Source of the DNA: Novakomyces olei
Taxonomy: Eukaryota
Length of the DNA stretch: 64,000 nucleotides
NCBI GenBank assembly: GCA_016906335.1
Contig: JADEYG010000001.1
Location: forward strand, 1,612,001 to 1,676,000
Direction: 5' to 3'
The notes beneath the pieces are model-generated. The model saw only the letters and a program-made list of their open reading frames with translations, had not been told where the DNA came from and did not search any database. Both the position numbers and the translations under genes were made by a program. Shown piece after piece: positions 34,053-46,311 of the stretch (positions are counted from its first letter, which is position 1; every line of letters starts with the position of its first letter).

Positions 34053-34202
34053 TTTAGTGATTGGAGTTGTGCTGTGGACTTTGAAAGAGATCAGTTTATT
34101 ATGTAGACTTTAACGTACACAATTCTGCATTATTGAGCAATAAATATCTAATACTATAAAGTTTATTGATTTTAAGTATATTGGATGTGGGTTTGTGCTG
34201 CG

Positions 34203-34268
34203 TAGGGTTACGGGTTGTTTAGGGTTATGGTTTGCTTAGGGTTATTGTTTGTTTGTTGAAAACCCTGA
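34203..34268. promoter_or_regulatory. Cluster of telobox motifs upstream of the complex I subunit
   Basis: TAGGGTTA x3 plus AAACCCTG. Confidence 0.55.
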
Positions 34269-34593
34269 TGTTAGCAACAAGCGGCGCCGTAAACGTTGCG
34301 CAACTCGCATAACAACGTGAACTAGAATAAAGTGTCCCCTTACTGAATGTATTCTTGTACTAAGCTGAACTAAGCTGGCCCAAATTTTATCTACGACTTA
34401 TTAGCAAAGTGTCCTTTAATCACGTGTGTTGAAGAACGGCAATTGGGGACGTTCTTTTAAGCCATTTAATATAATAATTGTGAATCATAACTAAATATAC
34501 TTTTAAAATATTGAGCACGCACTTAAGGCAAATTAAAAAATTGACATGAAATCGCAACCAGCGTTCAATTATTCGGAAGTTTGTCCCAAATTT

Positions 34594-36182
34594 CTAAGCA
34601 GCCCCAGCGGCCCGCATCATTAAATTCTTTACAAAAGGCATCGCATTTAAGGCTTGCGAGGCGATTGTGCGTAGTTCTCTTACAGCGGGGTTCTGAATAC
34701 CATAAAATTTGTGGAATTTGTCACATGCTCCCATCATACGCTGATTCGCAAAATACTGTCTGGCCGGATATTGCTCAAGCAAAATAAGCGAACCAATATC
34801 GGCACCCTGCAGACAGCCTTGCTGAATAATCTCTGATAAACAAGCAACGTCAGCCAGTCCCAGGTTGAGTCCTTGGCCGCCCAATGGATGAATTACATGA
34901 GCGGCATCGCCAACAAGGGCCACACGGTCCTTGACATAAGAGTCAGCATGATACATTCGTAAGGGAAAAGGTGCCCTTGTGCCTGGCACAACGTCTGCCA
35001 CCCAGGGCAGATTGTCAGACTTGCTCTGGGCGTAAACTCCCAAACGCCACTCTACTTCATCCCGTACTTGTTCCGGTGGTAGTCGGAAAATGTACTCCAA
35101 CTCGGAAGGGCTTAGCCTTAACGCAGCATTCACCATAAGGCAGAAACTTTTATCATCTAATGCCTTTAGTAGTGTAATAATTTCGGGACTCGTATGGAAA
35201 GCTAAGCTGGCATTGGTGCCGGGAAAGGGTAGCACTGCTACTGGTCCAGCCCCGAGAAATCGTTGATAAGCGCATGCATTTTCCCCGTTCTTCTCTGCAA
35301 GTTTTAGTGTGGCCACCATACACTGCCGATTGTAAGGCCAGCCAGAACTTTGTATGCCTGCAAACTTTCGCACCGGCGAATTGACACCGTCTGCGCCCAC
35401 CACTAGTCTGGAGGCAATCTGCAACGTTGCTCCACTGTTTGCTTGGGCCGTGCTATTTTCGTTTGCCTTTTCATCTTTGTGTTTGTCTGAGTTTTCTTTG
35501 ATTTTATTTTTTTCGTTAATGTTTGGCTGTTCCGCCAGCCTTGGATTGGGAGTAGCAGAGCTTTGGTCTTGCTTACTTTGCACACTAACCACGGGCCAGG
35601 TACCGTCACCGTTACTCTCAATGGAAGAGACTAACGAGTTATCCAGCACAACCGTATCAGTCTCCCCAATAACCTGGAGCAGTGCGCTCATAAGGTTTGA
35701 GTTCTCTACCATATACCCATTAATCGCGTCGTTAGCGAAATGTATAGGTTCAGGCGTATTCCAGTCCCATACACGCATGTCCTCATACGGACCAACTCGG
35801 TCCCATTCCAGACGCGACCACGCGCCTGTTTTTGTCAAGAACCGAGCCGAAGTCGGCGTAATCGAGCTCGTGCGATTCGCGTAAGGTCCATTATTACGAG
35901 CGGCTTCGCGCCAATCCGATATGCGTGAAAGCGATTGGCCTTCGACGAGAACGACACCCAAGTTTCGGGAAACGGGACTGGTTTCTGTCGTTAATTATAT
36001 GTATTCTGCCTTTTCGATGATGTGCGGTTCTAGTTTAGTCTATTCTCCTTGTTTTTTATCCAAAACTTACTCAATGCCGCAGCCAGAGCAAGACCCGCAA
36101 TTCCACCACCCACTATAGTCACATCTGCATTTTTGGCGACTTTTGTAGAGTAATGCCGGCACGCTTTCCGTAGTTTGAGCAT
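34594..36182 (-). CDS. COQ6: Ubiquinone biosynthesis monooxygenase Coq6, at least 2 exons
   Basis: IVGGGIAGLALA, NRTSSITP, MRVWD, LVVGADGVNSPVR, AYQRFL and RVALVGDAAHVIHPLGGQGLNLGLADV. Confidence 0.94.
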
Positions 36183-36280
36183 TGAAGCCTATTGCGATTT
36201 GTTAATTATCCTAGTTGCATCATAAGACCTCGCCTTAATTCTCTTGATCGTTAAAAGATATTTAGCCAAAAAAAGATAAC

Positions 36281-36309
36281 TAACCCTGACTAACCCTAGC
36301 TAACCCTAT
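36281..36309. promoter_or_regulatory. Telobox triplet with 10-bp period (TAACCCTGAC TAACCCTAGC TAACCCTAT) in the COQ6/SRV2 promoter
   Basis: Read directly from the sequence. Confidence 0.65.
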
Positions 36310-36518
36310 TTGCGAACACTGGCTTTACAGTATCTGAATATCGTTATGTGCCGATTGATTACATAAAGAAAATGTGAAATAAGCATCATTGGAGCAGCGT
36401 ATTCAGACATGTGTAATGTGAATAAACGGAATACATATAATCACTCTAAAACACTCGTATGTTGGCGATACGCTAGTGAAACGCGTTACCCTACGGCGTA
36501 GTAAACTGCCCTGCAAAT

Positions 36519-38128
36519 ATGCAAATTGATCAGATATCGGAGCAATTAGAGCTCGTCTTCCAACGGTACGTGTCCATTCTAGTTGGTTAGCATTCAGTAT
36601 CCCTCTAACTGTGTATAGACTCGAGTCCGCTACTTCGCGACTGGAGAAAATTACGGGAGCCGGTGGGACTGCGGGTCAGACTGGACCGTCCACGGGACCC
36701 GATTCAACTGGTCAGCGCGGCACTTCCGTTCAAAATTCTCAGTCTCCAGCAGTCGAAAATTTTAAAGAATTTATTGAAGCTTATGTGAACAAATTTGACC
36801 AGCTCAGCGGTAAAGTTGGTGGCGATGTGGCAACTCAGGCCCATGCAGTAGCGGGCCTGTTTGCACTGCAGCTTGATCTCCTACGTGCCGCGGCCGTTAG
36901 CAAAAGACCAAAAATAGCCGAGTTTCAAGAAATTTTGAAGCCGTTCTCTGCTAGTTTAATGCAGATCTCAGATCTGCGAGATCGTAGTCGTGGATCCCCA
37001 TTTTTCAACCATTTGTCTGTTGTTGCTGATGGTGCTCAAGCCTTTGGATGGATCGCTGTGGACAGAACTCCGGCCAAGTTTGTCAGTGAGAATGCAGAGG
37101 CAGCCCAGTTTTATGGTAATCGTGTGCTCAAGGAATACAAGGAAAAGCCTGATTCCGCGAGCCACAGCGAATGGGTTCGCTCATTTTACCAATTGCTGTC
37201 CAAGTTACAGCAGTACATTAAGGAAAATTGTGCTACTGGTATCGAATGGAACCAAAGTGGCGGCGATGCATATGAAGAGTTTCAGAAACTTTCCAAGGAC
37301 TCTGGAAGCAACTCGTCTTCTAATGGATCTACTACAAAAGCAGCAGATGGACCGGCAGCAGATGGAACAGCTGCTCCTCCGCCTCCGCCGCCGCCGCCGC
37401 CACCGGCGCCGGCTCCCCCTCCAGCTCCAATTCAATCGGATGCTTCGGCTCCAGCAGACATGAATGCCGTTTTTGCTGAGATTAATAAGGGCGACGCGAT
37501 TACTTCGGGTCTGCGTAAAGTGGACAAGTCACAAATGACGCATAAAAACCCTTCATTGCGGGCGCACAATAAAATACCGACATCTTCGGCCTCTGAGACC
37601 CGGCCGGCTTCAACTTCTGGCCCAGTTACTGGATCTAAACCTGCAGCGAAACCGCCTCGTCGTGAATTGGATGGCACCAAATGGTTCATTGAGAATATAG
37701 ACAATGATCCAAATGTGATTATAGAAGGGTTAGAGATGAACCAGTCTGTGTTCATATACAACTGCAATGATACAACCGTCCAGATCAAGGGCAAGTGCAA
37801 CGCCGTATCTGCAGGAAACAGCAAAAAACTCAATGTTGTGGTGGACGATCTGGTTTCGTCGTTTGATGCAACAAAATTGACGTCTTTTGGATTACAAATT
37901 TTGGGCAATTGTCCTACAATTGTCGTAGATCAGTGCCATGGGGGCGCGGTTTACCTGTCCGAGGGCAGTTTGACGGCAGAGATTAGCACTACAATGTCCT
38001 CAAACATAAATATAAATATTCCTGGCGCCGGAGAAGATGGTGACTATGCTGAACGTGCCGTTCCGGACATGCTCAAGCATACGGTTAAAGACGGACAGCT
38101 CGTGACAGAAATCGTACGCCACGAATAA
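36519..38128 (+). CDS. SRV2: Adenylyl cyclase-associated protein CAP/Srv2, 2 exons
   Basis: RLESATSRLE, FFNHLSVV, AQFYGNRVLKEYK, a poly-Pro tract, WH2-like ITSGLRKVDKSQMTHKNP and a C-terminal beta-helix. Confidence 0.96.
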
Positions 38129-38317
38129 TGCGAATAGATAAAGCTTTTGACAGGTCTGCCTTCCACGAACGCTCTATAAATAAATACATAAAGCACCACA
38201 GTGATCGGTAGATAGTATATAGCAATTATTTCACTCCTTTTTTGTTTACCAACTAAGCACGTACAATTTGTGAGTTTAAATCGATTAACGTCTCATTCCT
38301 GCATGCTAAACATACTT

Positions 38318-40447
38318 CTAATGCATGTGTCCATGTGGGTCTTCTTCCTGCTTCTCAGGGTCAAGCTTGATGCTCGTATCAATGCGCAAAATAGCAATGC
38401 ATGCCTCTACCGCACTTTTCAAGCTCTTCAGTTTGCTCATTGTCGGTTCTAAAACGCCAGCTTTGACGTTGTCTCTTATTTGCCCATTGATGAGATCCAG
38501 ACCATAGTTTCTGTAACCTTTCCTCTTCTTATCATCTGGCTGTGCCAATTGCGCAGCAGCATGATAAGATCTTAGCTTAGCCGTAAGATCGGACGAGTCT
38601 TTAGCCGCATTAACGGCTAAAGTCTTGGGAATCTGTAGCAAAGCGGCAGCAAACTCTGCAATCGCCAATTGTTCACGTGATCCCTGGAACCGGTTAGTCT
38701 TTAGGTTTTATGAAGGGAATGATATTTTTTTTTTTTAAATATACAGCGTACCAATGTTGTTGCAAAATTCTCCAGATAAATACTGAGAGAAGTTTCAACA
38801 GCGCCTCCACCAGGGACGACTGCTCCAGACTCTAATGTTCGTTTGACCACACTCAGTGAATCGTGAATCGACCGCTCCATCTCGTCCAACTGGTAGTCTA
38901 AACGTTGATTAGAAGAGATGCTGGTAAAGTAATAAAAATGACTTGAAATAGAAAAATACGCGAATGTGAAAATGTTGACGAAAGATACAAAAGAGTCCTT
39001 TATTTTCGGACAAAATGTTTATAGCCGGGATAGCGTACAAAGGATTGAACGAATATATCATGCAAGCAAAACATTAAATCAAATAAAATAAAACATAAAC
39101 AAATAAAAGTATAAGTGAAACCATGTAGATAAAAGGAAATGGGAACAAAGAACAAACTCGTACCGTTACTGCCTCGCAAGATGATGCTCGCGCACGAAAA
39201 AGCCTTCGTGCCCTTTACGAGGATACATTCATCGTCAGAAATCTGTTCTTGAATAACTTCGTCTGCGCTTCCCAAGCTCGAAGCTTCAAACACTTCGTCG
39301 CCTTCGAGATTAGATAGTGTACTGACCATAGTGGCTCCCGTAGCCTTTGCGATACGACGCAGATCGTCTTTATTACACCGTCGCACACCCATAGCACCAG
39401 CTTCGACAAACATTTTGAGGCACAAGTCATCAATGCCTTTAGTAGTGAGAACGACATTGGCTCCCGAATTCAGAATCTTTTGCACCCGTTCCAAGACGAT
39501 GGCCGATTCTCGCTGGCGTACCTTTTCCAGCTGATCAGGATCGTCAATCGTGATATGGACGCCCAAGGCCATACGATATTTCTGCAAATTCATATCGAGA
39601 ATAGCAATCTTGGCATTAGTAATCCGCCTCTTCATGGCCTGGCTGGCTACAGTGCAGTTGAGCGCGTATCCCTTGACAAGAACAGACTCTGCTGCAGATT
39701 TTCCATGAGCTTTAAGGACGTTTACCGCTTTGACTGGGTACTTAATTTCGCCACGGGCATTGGTAGTCTTTACGCTCTGCATAGCATCCACCGCTAAATT
39801 GGCAAAAAAGTCGGAGTCACTGCCGATTATTTTGCTCGCCATACTCGTCTTTGCAATATTGACCAGTGTCTCTTTGCCCACAAGATCGACTTTGAGGGAA
39901 AGCTGGTCCAGCAAGTACTTTGTAGCCTCGCGTAGAGCCAAACGGTAACCACTGATAATCGTAGTAGGATGGATTCTGTTTTTAACGAGATCATTCGCTC
40001 TTCGCAGCAATTCCGCTGCAACAATTACGACAGAAGTAGTGCCGTCACCCACTTCGCGATCCTGCTGCTGAGCCAACCCAACCAGAATCTTCCCGGCAGG
40101 GTGTTCTACGTCGAGGAGAGACAAGATGGTAGCCCCGTCGTTTGTCACTGTAACATCGCCGATATCGTCCACCAGCATTTTGTCTAAACCTACTGGGCCC
40201 AGGGACGATTTGACCACGTTCGCAATAGCACTAGCGGCCAAAACTTGCCGTCAATTTTCAAAAGAACATAAAAAGAACAGTAAAAGGATAAAAAAGAACT
40301 GCTGGAGTAACGCGTACCATTTTGATCTCGCACATCGTCGCCCGAAACTTTCTCACCGCCCAAGACTAAAACGCGGTTAGGAGGTTTTGCAATAGACTCA
40401 AACTTACACAGCGTATTGCTCCGCGGCTGCACAAACATTTGTGCCAT
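38318..40447 (-). CDS. TCP1: Chaperonin CCT/TRiC alpha subunit, 5 exons
   Basis: [59 protein letters not shown] and VVPGGGAVE. Confidence 0.97.
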
Positions 40448-40732
40448 TGCGCCTTGTCGTTGAAAACTTGTTTAGCCTATACTGCGCTTACTATATAATT
40501 TAGTTTATATGGGCTATTGCGACGCCCATTTTTGCCTGCATTTCTTATGGGTCTTTAATCTTGCTTTTATTCTGCTGTGGTGTTCTCTATGTGTTGGAAA
40601 TAATATTGAGCGTTACCAATGGTATGTAATCAGGTATGAAAATGTGAAAGAATTGGTATTAGATACAGATTTAGTTTAATTGTAAACTCGACTTTTGTTA
40701 TATATGTAACTTCCATTATTCATTAACTTTAT

Positions 40733-40765
40733 CAATTAATTAATTAATTAATTAATTAATTAATT
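40733..40765. repeat. (TAAT)n tract in the TCP1/ProRS divergent promoter
   Basis: Read directly; a poly(A) tract follows at 40812-40825. Confidence 0.85.
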
Positions 40766-40837
40766 GCTTGGATGTGCGCACATTTCATAGATATAACGCA
40801 CATTTTTAGTCAAAAAAAAAAAAAATAATCGAGGTTG

Positions 40838-43619
40838 ATGCCATTTTGTGCTGCAGCAAAGGCCATAAGATTACAAGGTTGGAGACGTTGCTGCAGAGTC
40901 CAAAGCGGTTCTTTCAACAGACAGGTCACTGATCGTCCCGTTTTCATTGGTTTGCGGCTGAGTCATAGCATGGCGGAGTCTCACGCGGCAGCAATTGACC
41001 AAGTGCAAAGCGCGCTTGGAGCATTGGATCTGCAGGCGAACAGTGCCAATTACTTTGAACATGGATCCGTAAGCAACGGTGGTACTTGGGCAGAGGCTTT
41101 GAAGAGCGTCGGTGGTTTGCCCGACTCGTTTTCGCTATCAAAGACTCTTGTCTTGAAACCGAAACTGGCTAAATCAGCAGCTGCCACAACGCCGCCACTG
41201 GTAATGCTGGTAGCCTTAGATACTACGCCCGTTACTATTAGCCAGGCAGCCAAAGCGCTTGGCTTCAAGGAGCTGCGGTTTGCGCCTGTAGATCTTGTCA
41301 AGCAGACGCTTGGTGTCGAGCCTGAAGCTGGTATGTGCAGCATTGGAATTTGTTGAGATTTAAATACGTTTTGTGTTGCTTTTATTTTTGTTTTCTTTCT
41401 CCATGGGCGTGAATCGTTTTGATGGTTATGACGATTGTGTAGGATCTGCCTCTGGTGAAACATGCTCCCGTTTTTTTAAACAGTCCAAGCCTTAATTCTG
41501 CAAGTTGGTCTAATTCTAATATACAGCGTCGCCATTTTCGTTGGCTTCCTCAAACGCCGCGTCTTTCCACGTTGTCTTGGATGAGAAATTATCATCCGCA
41601 ACTGGAAAGATTGCCTTTCATCCCGCAGAATCAAGTAAATCTGTCTTTGTCGATGTGGCGGCAATCAGGTCGCACTTGCAGTCCATTGGCATTGAAGCTC
41701 AAATTGCTGATCTTGGTTCTGTTCCCCTGGCCAAGGAGGTCAGCAAGGAAACAAAAACTGCTCCCAAACCAAAGCGAGAATCGGCCAAAATTTCTGATGC
41801 GGCTCAAGTCGGTATTACGGTACACAAGGATCTAGATTTTCCCCGGTGGTACCAGGAGGTTCTAGTAAAGTCCGAGATGATTGATTACTACGATGTGTCG
41901 GGATGCTATATTTTGCGTCCATGGTCTTTTGCCATTTGGGAGCAAATCCAACGTAAGTGTTTCTCCAATTCCATATGGAAGTATTTTGTTACCTTTCAAA
42001 TCAAAATGTCTACGACTCCGGTGCAATTGCACGCTAGTATATACTGTACAGCTCAAATGTTGATTTCAATTCTAAGCAGATGAAATGAATTTCTTGTTTT
42101 TTTTTTTCTGTTAAATTTGGTTTTTATTTCTGCAGTGTTTATTACTTCAAATTTATATATTTTTTCAGTTTCCAAACTGAGCCAGTCTGTCTTTAACAAT
42201 TCCCAGTGCTAACATCCAGACTGGTTTGACGCACAAATCAAAGAGATGGGGGTGGAGAATGCATCTTTCCCCATGTTTATTAGTGAGCGCCAATTGGAAA
42301 AAGAGAAAGACCATCTTGAAGGCTTTTCGCCGGAAGTAGCATGGATTACACGCGCTGGACAAACAGAGTTGGACGAGGCAATTGCAGTTCGCCCCACATC
42401 AGAGACGGCAATGTACCCTTATTATGCAAAATGGATCCGGAGCCATCGCGACTTGCCCCTGAGGTACAATCAATGGAACTCGGTTGTTCGTTGGGAGTTC
42501 AAGAACCCACAACCCTTCCTGAGAACCCGAGAGTTCCTTTGGCAGGAAGGACATACTGCACACTTGACCCAGGCTCAAGCAGAGGAAGAGGTATTCCAGA
42601 TCCTTGACCTTTATTCCCGTGTGTATACAGACTTGCTCGCTGTGCCCGTGATTAAAGGAATAAAATCAGAGAAAGAAAAGTTTGCAGGCGGCCTGATGAC
42701 CACGACGGTGGAAGGTTATATCCCGACAACGGGCCGCGGAATTCAGGGCGGTACCTCGCACGCTCTGGGCCAAAACTTTTCACGAATGTTTGATATTACG
42801 GTGGAGGATCCAGATTACCGGCCGGGCGAGGGTAAAGAGGCTAAAGAAAAGCTCTTTGTGTGGCAAAATTCTTGGGGTCTTTCCACCAGAGTCATTGGGG
42901 TTATGGTGATGGTACACGGGGACGACAAGGGCCTTAAACTTCCTCCTGCAGTGTCCAAGTTTCAAGTCGTTGTTGTGCCATGTGGGGTCACTGTCAAATC
43001 CTCGGACGAAGAACGGGCAGCTATCGAAAAGGGCTCTGTAGAATTTGCCGCTGCCTTGAAGCGATCAGGGCTCAGGGCGATTGCTGACGTTAGTGCCGGC
43101 TACACACCAGGCTGGAAGTTTGCCCAGTGGGAAATGAAGGGAGTGCCCTTGCGCTTAGAGTATGGGCCGCAGGACCGGCGGCGTGAGCAGGTGACTGCAG
43201 TCAGACGTGATACGGGTGAGAAATCTGTTTTGCCGATTGCAGATTTAGAGACGGGAGTCAAAGGCATTTTGCAAAATATCCAGGCAGATATGTACACCAC
43301 GGCCGCCCGCAAAATGCAGGAAAATGTGGTTAAAATCCGGCAGTGGGACGATTTTGTGCCGGCTCTGAACGCAAAGAAACTGATTCTTATTCCCTGGTGC
43401 AATACGACCGAGTGTGAAGACTATATCAAGGACAAAAGCGCTCGCATCGCCACGGAAGGCCAGCCTGAGGATGAAAGGGCCCCCAGTATGGGAGCCAAGT
43501 CTCTGTGCAACCCGCTAGAGCAGCCGGGCGGAGAAGATCAGATTGTAAAGGGCGAGACCAAGTGTGTTGCCTGTGGGCACGACGCTAAGCTCTGGGGGCT
43601 GTTTGGCCGATCTTATTAG
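40838..43619 (+). CDS. Prolyl-tRNA synthetase, eukaryote/archaea type with an N-terminal YbaK-like domain, 3 exons; alternative ATG at 40970
   Basis: SKTLVLKPK (YbaK-like), YYDVSGCYILRP, RPTSET, PFLRTREFLWQEGHT, WQNSWGLSTR, HGDDKGL and terminal FGRSY. Confidence 0.96.
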
Positions 43620-44007
43620 GCTCCGATTCTGTTGACGCCGACAAGACATTTTAAACATAAAACTTTGGTTGTAGACATTTGGAATAGGCGAATTTCGTTT
43701 GGTTTCGTACTTTATTCCTTGTTTTACAAAGTGCAATGAGAGCCCAGACGGGGCCGATTCGTTCGAGTCATTGCACTAGTTGTACCAAGAGATTTGCGTT
43801 TAATTAAATTGACTACTTGCAAATACACAATCATAAATATAGTATATCGTATGCGGCACCGCGACGAGCTCTCTTGCATGCACTATGGGCTTTATGCACT
43901 ATGCAGACTTTTTCACGGCCGAGGAAAGAGGGATAGTGTTTTGGTTCCATGCTGCTCGCACTATAAACCGTTTATGTTTATTACGAGTCTATGAAAAGAA
44001 TGTAAGC

Positions 44008-45735
44008 CTAATGTCTGCGGCGACGAACACGCGAATCTGCCCATGTATTGTCGCGTTTCGGTAGGGCAGGCCGACGCCAAAAATACTGCATTGATAAGCA
44101 CAATGAAAAAAATGAAAAAAAATAAAAAATGAAAAAAATAAAAATAAAAATAAATCGAACAAAACAAAACAATTAAATTAATAGATTGATTGGTTGATTG
44201 ATAAATTAATTAGTTTTCAATTCCATACCTGTTTATGGCTTTTGCGGCTGGACCGAACAGGTTTAATATGCTCCGCTAATACTGATCGCCGCTCCTCCGA
44301 GGGGTCGCCTGGGATTAGTACAATGCAAATTTTTGATATACGCGTACCTTCGGGAATATAGTACCATTCGCCCCAAATTTTGTCTCCCGCAGCATTCTTT
44401 CCTTCGCGTTTCACTTCACCCAAAACAGGGATTGTTCCGCCCACCATACGTAGCCATTCTTCTACCCGCTCTAAGCTCCAGTCTGTTGGGAAAAGAGGCC
44501 GTAATTCCGTAACCGGCGTTGTGGACAGAGTAGAAAACACCAGTGCATTAATAACCTTATCCAAGTGGTCCATTGAAATTCCGCTTGAAAGATTCTGATT
44601 TTGCGAATCTAGAGTCTCGCCATGCACATCGCTCAAAGGTTCTTTGGATTCATTATGCTTTTCTTGTCCTTGCAAGTGTTCGCTATGCTGTAGAGCAGGT
44701 TCGCTGTGCTGCTGGACAGGTTCGCTATGCTGTAGAGCAGGCTGGCTATGCTGTAGAGCAGGTTCGCTACGCTGTAGAGCAAGTTCGCTTTGCTGTTGGG
44801 CAGGCTCGTTATGGCAGAGGGCTGGCTGTTGGTCATCTGCCTTCACAGCTTGATGATTGTCCGCTCCAAAATCAGGCTGCAGCTTGTTCTCATCCTTGTT
44901 TTTCTGATCAAATTTATCTGTTTTCCTCAAACCGATATTCTCCTTGTCATTGCAATCTTCGTTGGTAGAACCACAAACTGGTGCCAGTTCACGCAAAGGC
45001 TCCCGTTTACCATCATTTTGCTGCTCAAATTCAAGGCTCCCGTCATCACTGCACGTATCATCCTGATAGACGCGAATACGTTTTGGCGCTGGCGAAGAGA
45101 CAGGAGAAATAAGTGCTGTTCCTAGCGGTACTGCTGGAGGCGAGGAAGGCAGCAAGGGATGATTATCGTGTTGCCACGGCAATCCCAGACCAGATGTAGG
45201 CTCTTCTCCATAGTTTTCAGAGCTCGGCTCCTGCTCTAGTTCGCTACTCATAGTTTGCTGGGGCTGATCTACGTCTGATTCCGTATCGTACTCATGACGT
45301 TCACGCTCCAGCTGTTCCTCCGTTTTCCATTCTAATCGGATCAAATAGCCAACAATATTAACAAAAGTAGCAAACGCCGAGTCTCGTCGTATTACCAGAC
45401 TTTGCCCTTTTTGCAGCGTTTCATTTTTTCCCGCGTGGGACACGTCTATTCCATTCCACCCTTCACACGTAATTTTAATTGCACTCACATTATCCGTCTC
45501 CCATGTGTAGGCAACTGTAACATGACGCCGGCTCACGAGCTTATCGCTCTTTGAAACAACGTACTTTGCTCGCTGGGACGATCTTCCTATTGTCAGGAAA
45601 TAACCACGCACAGGATACAGTGAGTGGGACGTCCGCGTCGATTCCATTTCCTTTGCCTCAAAGCCTTCGAATTCAAGTTAGTGCTTTTGATTTTGTGTTG
45701 ATTACGTACGTACCATCTTTGTTGGCGAACGACAT
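44008..45735 (-). CDS. FHA-domain transcription regulator, Tos4/Plm2-like, 4 exons
   Basis: FHA motifs IGRSS, VSRRH and GWNG; PLLPSSPP; C-terminal REGKNAAG..EWYYIPE|GD..R.SRKSHKQ|YFWRRP. Confidence 0.85.
44677..44830 (-). repeat. In-frame 21-bp coding tandem repeat (SEPALQH)x6-7
   Basis: Protein reads NEPAQQQ SELALQR SEPALQH SQPALQH SEPVQQH SEPALQH SE. Confidence 0.9.
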
Positions 45736-45842
45736 TTCGTCAGACTGTGAGCGACGGCACTGGGAGACTGCTGCTGTCACTTTTTGGTTCGATTATTTCT
45801 TCAATTATTCCATTTCCCTGTCCGGTTCCTCCTCTATTGTTT

Positions 45843-45880
45843 ACGCGTTTACGCGTTGCGTTTAATTTGTTTACGCGAAA
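45843..45880. promoter_or_regulatory. MCB (ACGCGT) cluster upstream of the Tos4-like gene
   Basis: ACGCGT at 45843 and 45851, ACGCGAAA at 45873. Tos4 is an MBF target in budding and fission yeast. Confidence 0.7.
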
Positions 45881-46311
45881 ACATAATGCATTGCTGATAT
45901 TATTCTGTAACGCGCTCTGGATATTGTATATTACCACATCAAGTAAATAATTTTGCGTGCACAAGGCTTATAACGCTGCGTCGCAATTAATTATAAATTA
46001 TACCATATTTAAAGTAATCTATAGGGCAGTATGCCAATCTGTCGTGATGCAAATCTTCACTTTACAATTTGTAAATGAAATTTCATTAATAGCTCTTGCG
46101 TCATGCCAGATCGCGTCGGAATACTAATAGCACAGTGCCCTTATCCTCCGAAGACTTTGAGGAAAATTTACATTTATTAATACATTCATTTGTTTCTCTA
46201 TCCATTTAATGATTTAACTTTTTTTCTTTTTCATTCTGCACCTGCTTGATACTCGTCTCAAAGGCTAAATATCTTTTTAAACAGGCTAAAGACGGATTCT
46301 CATAGGTAAAA

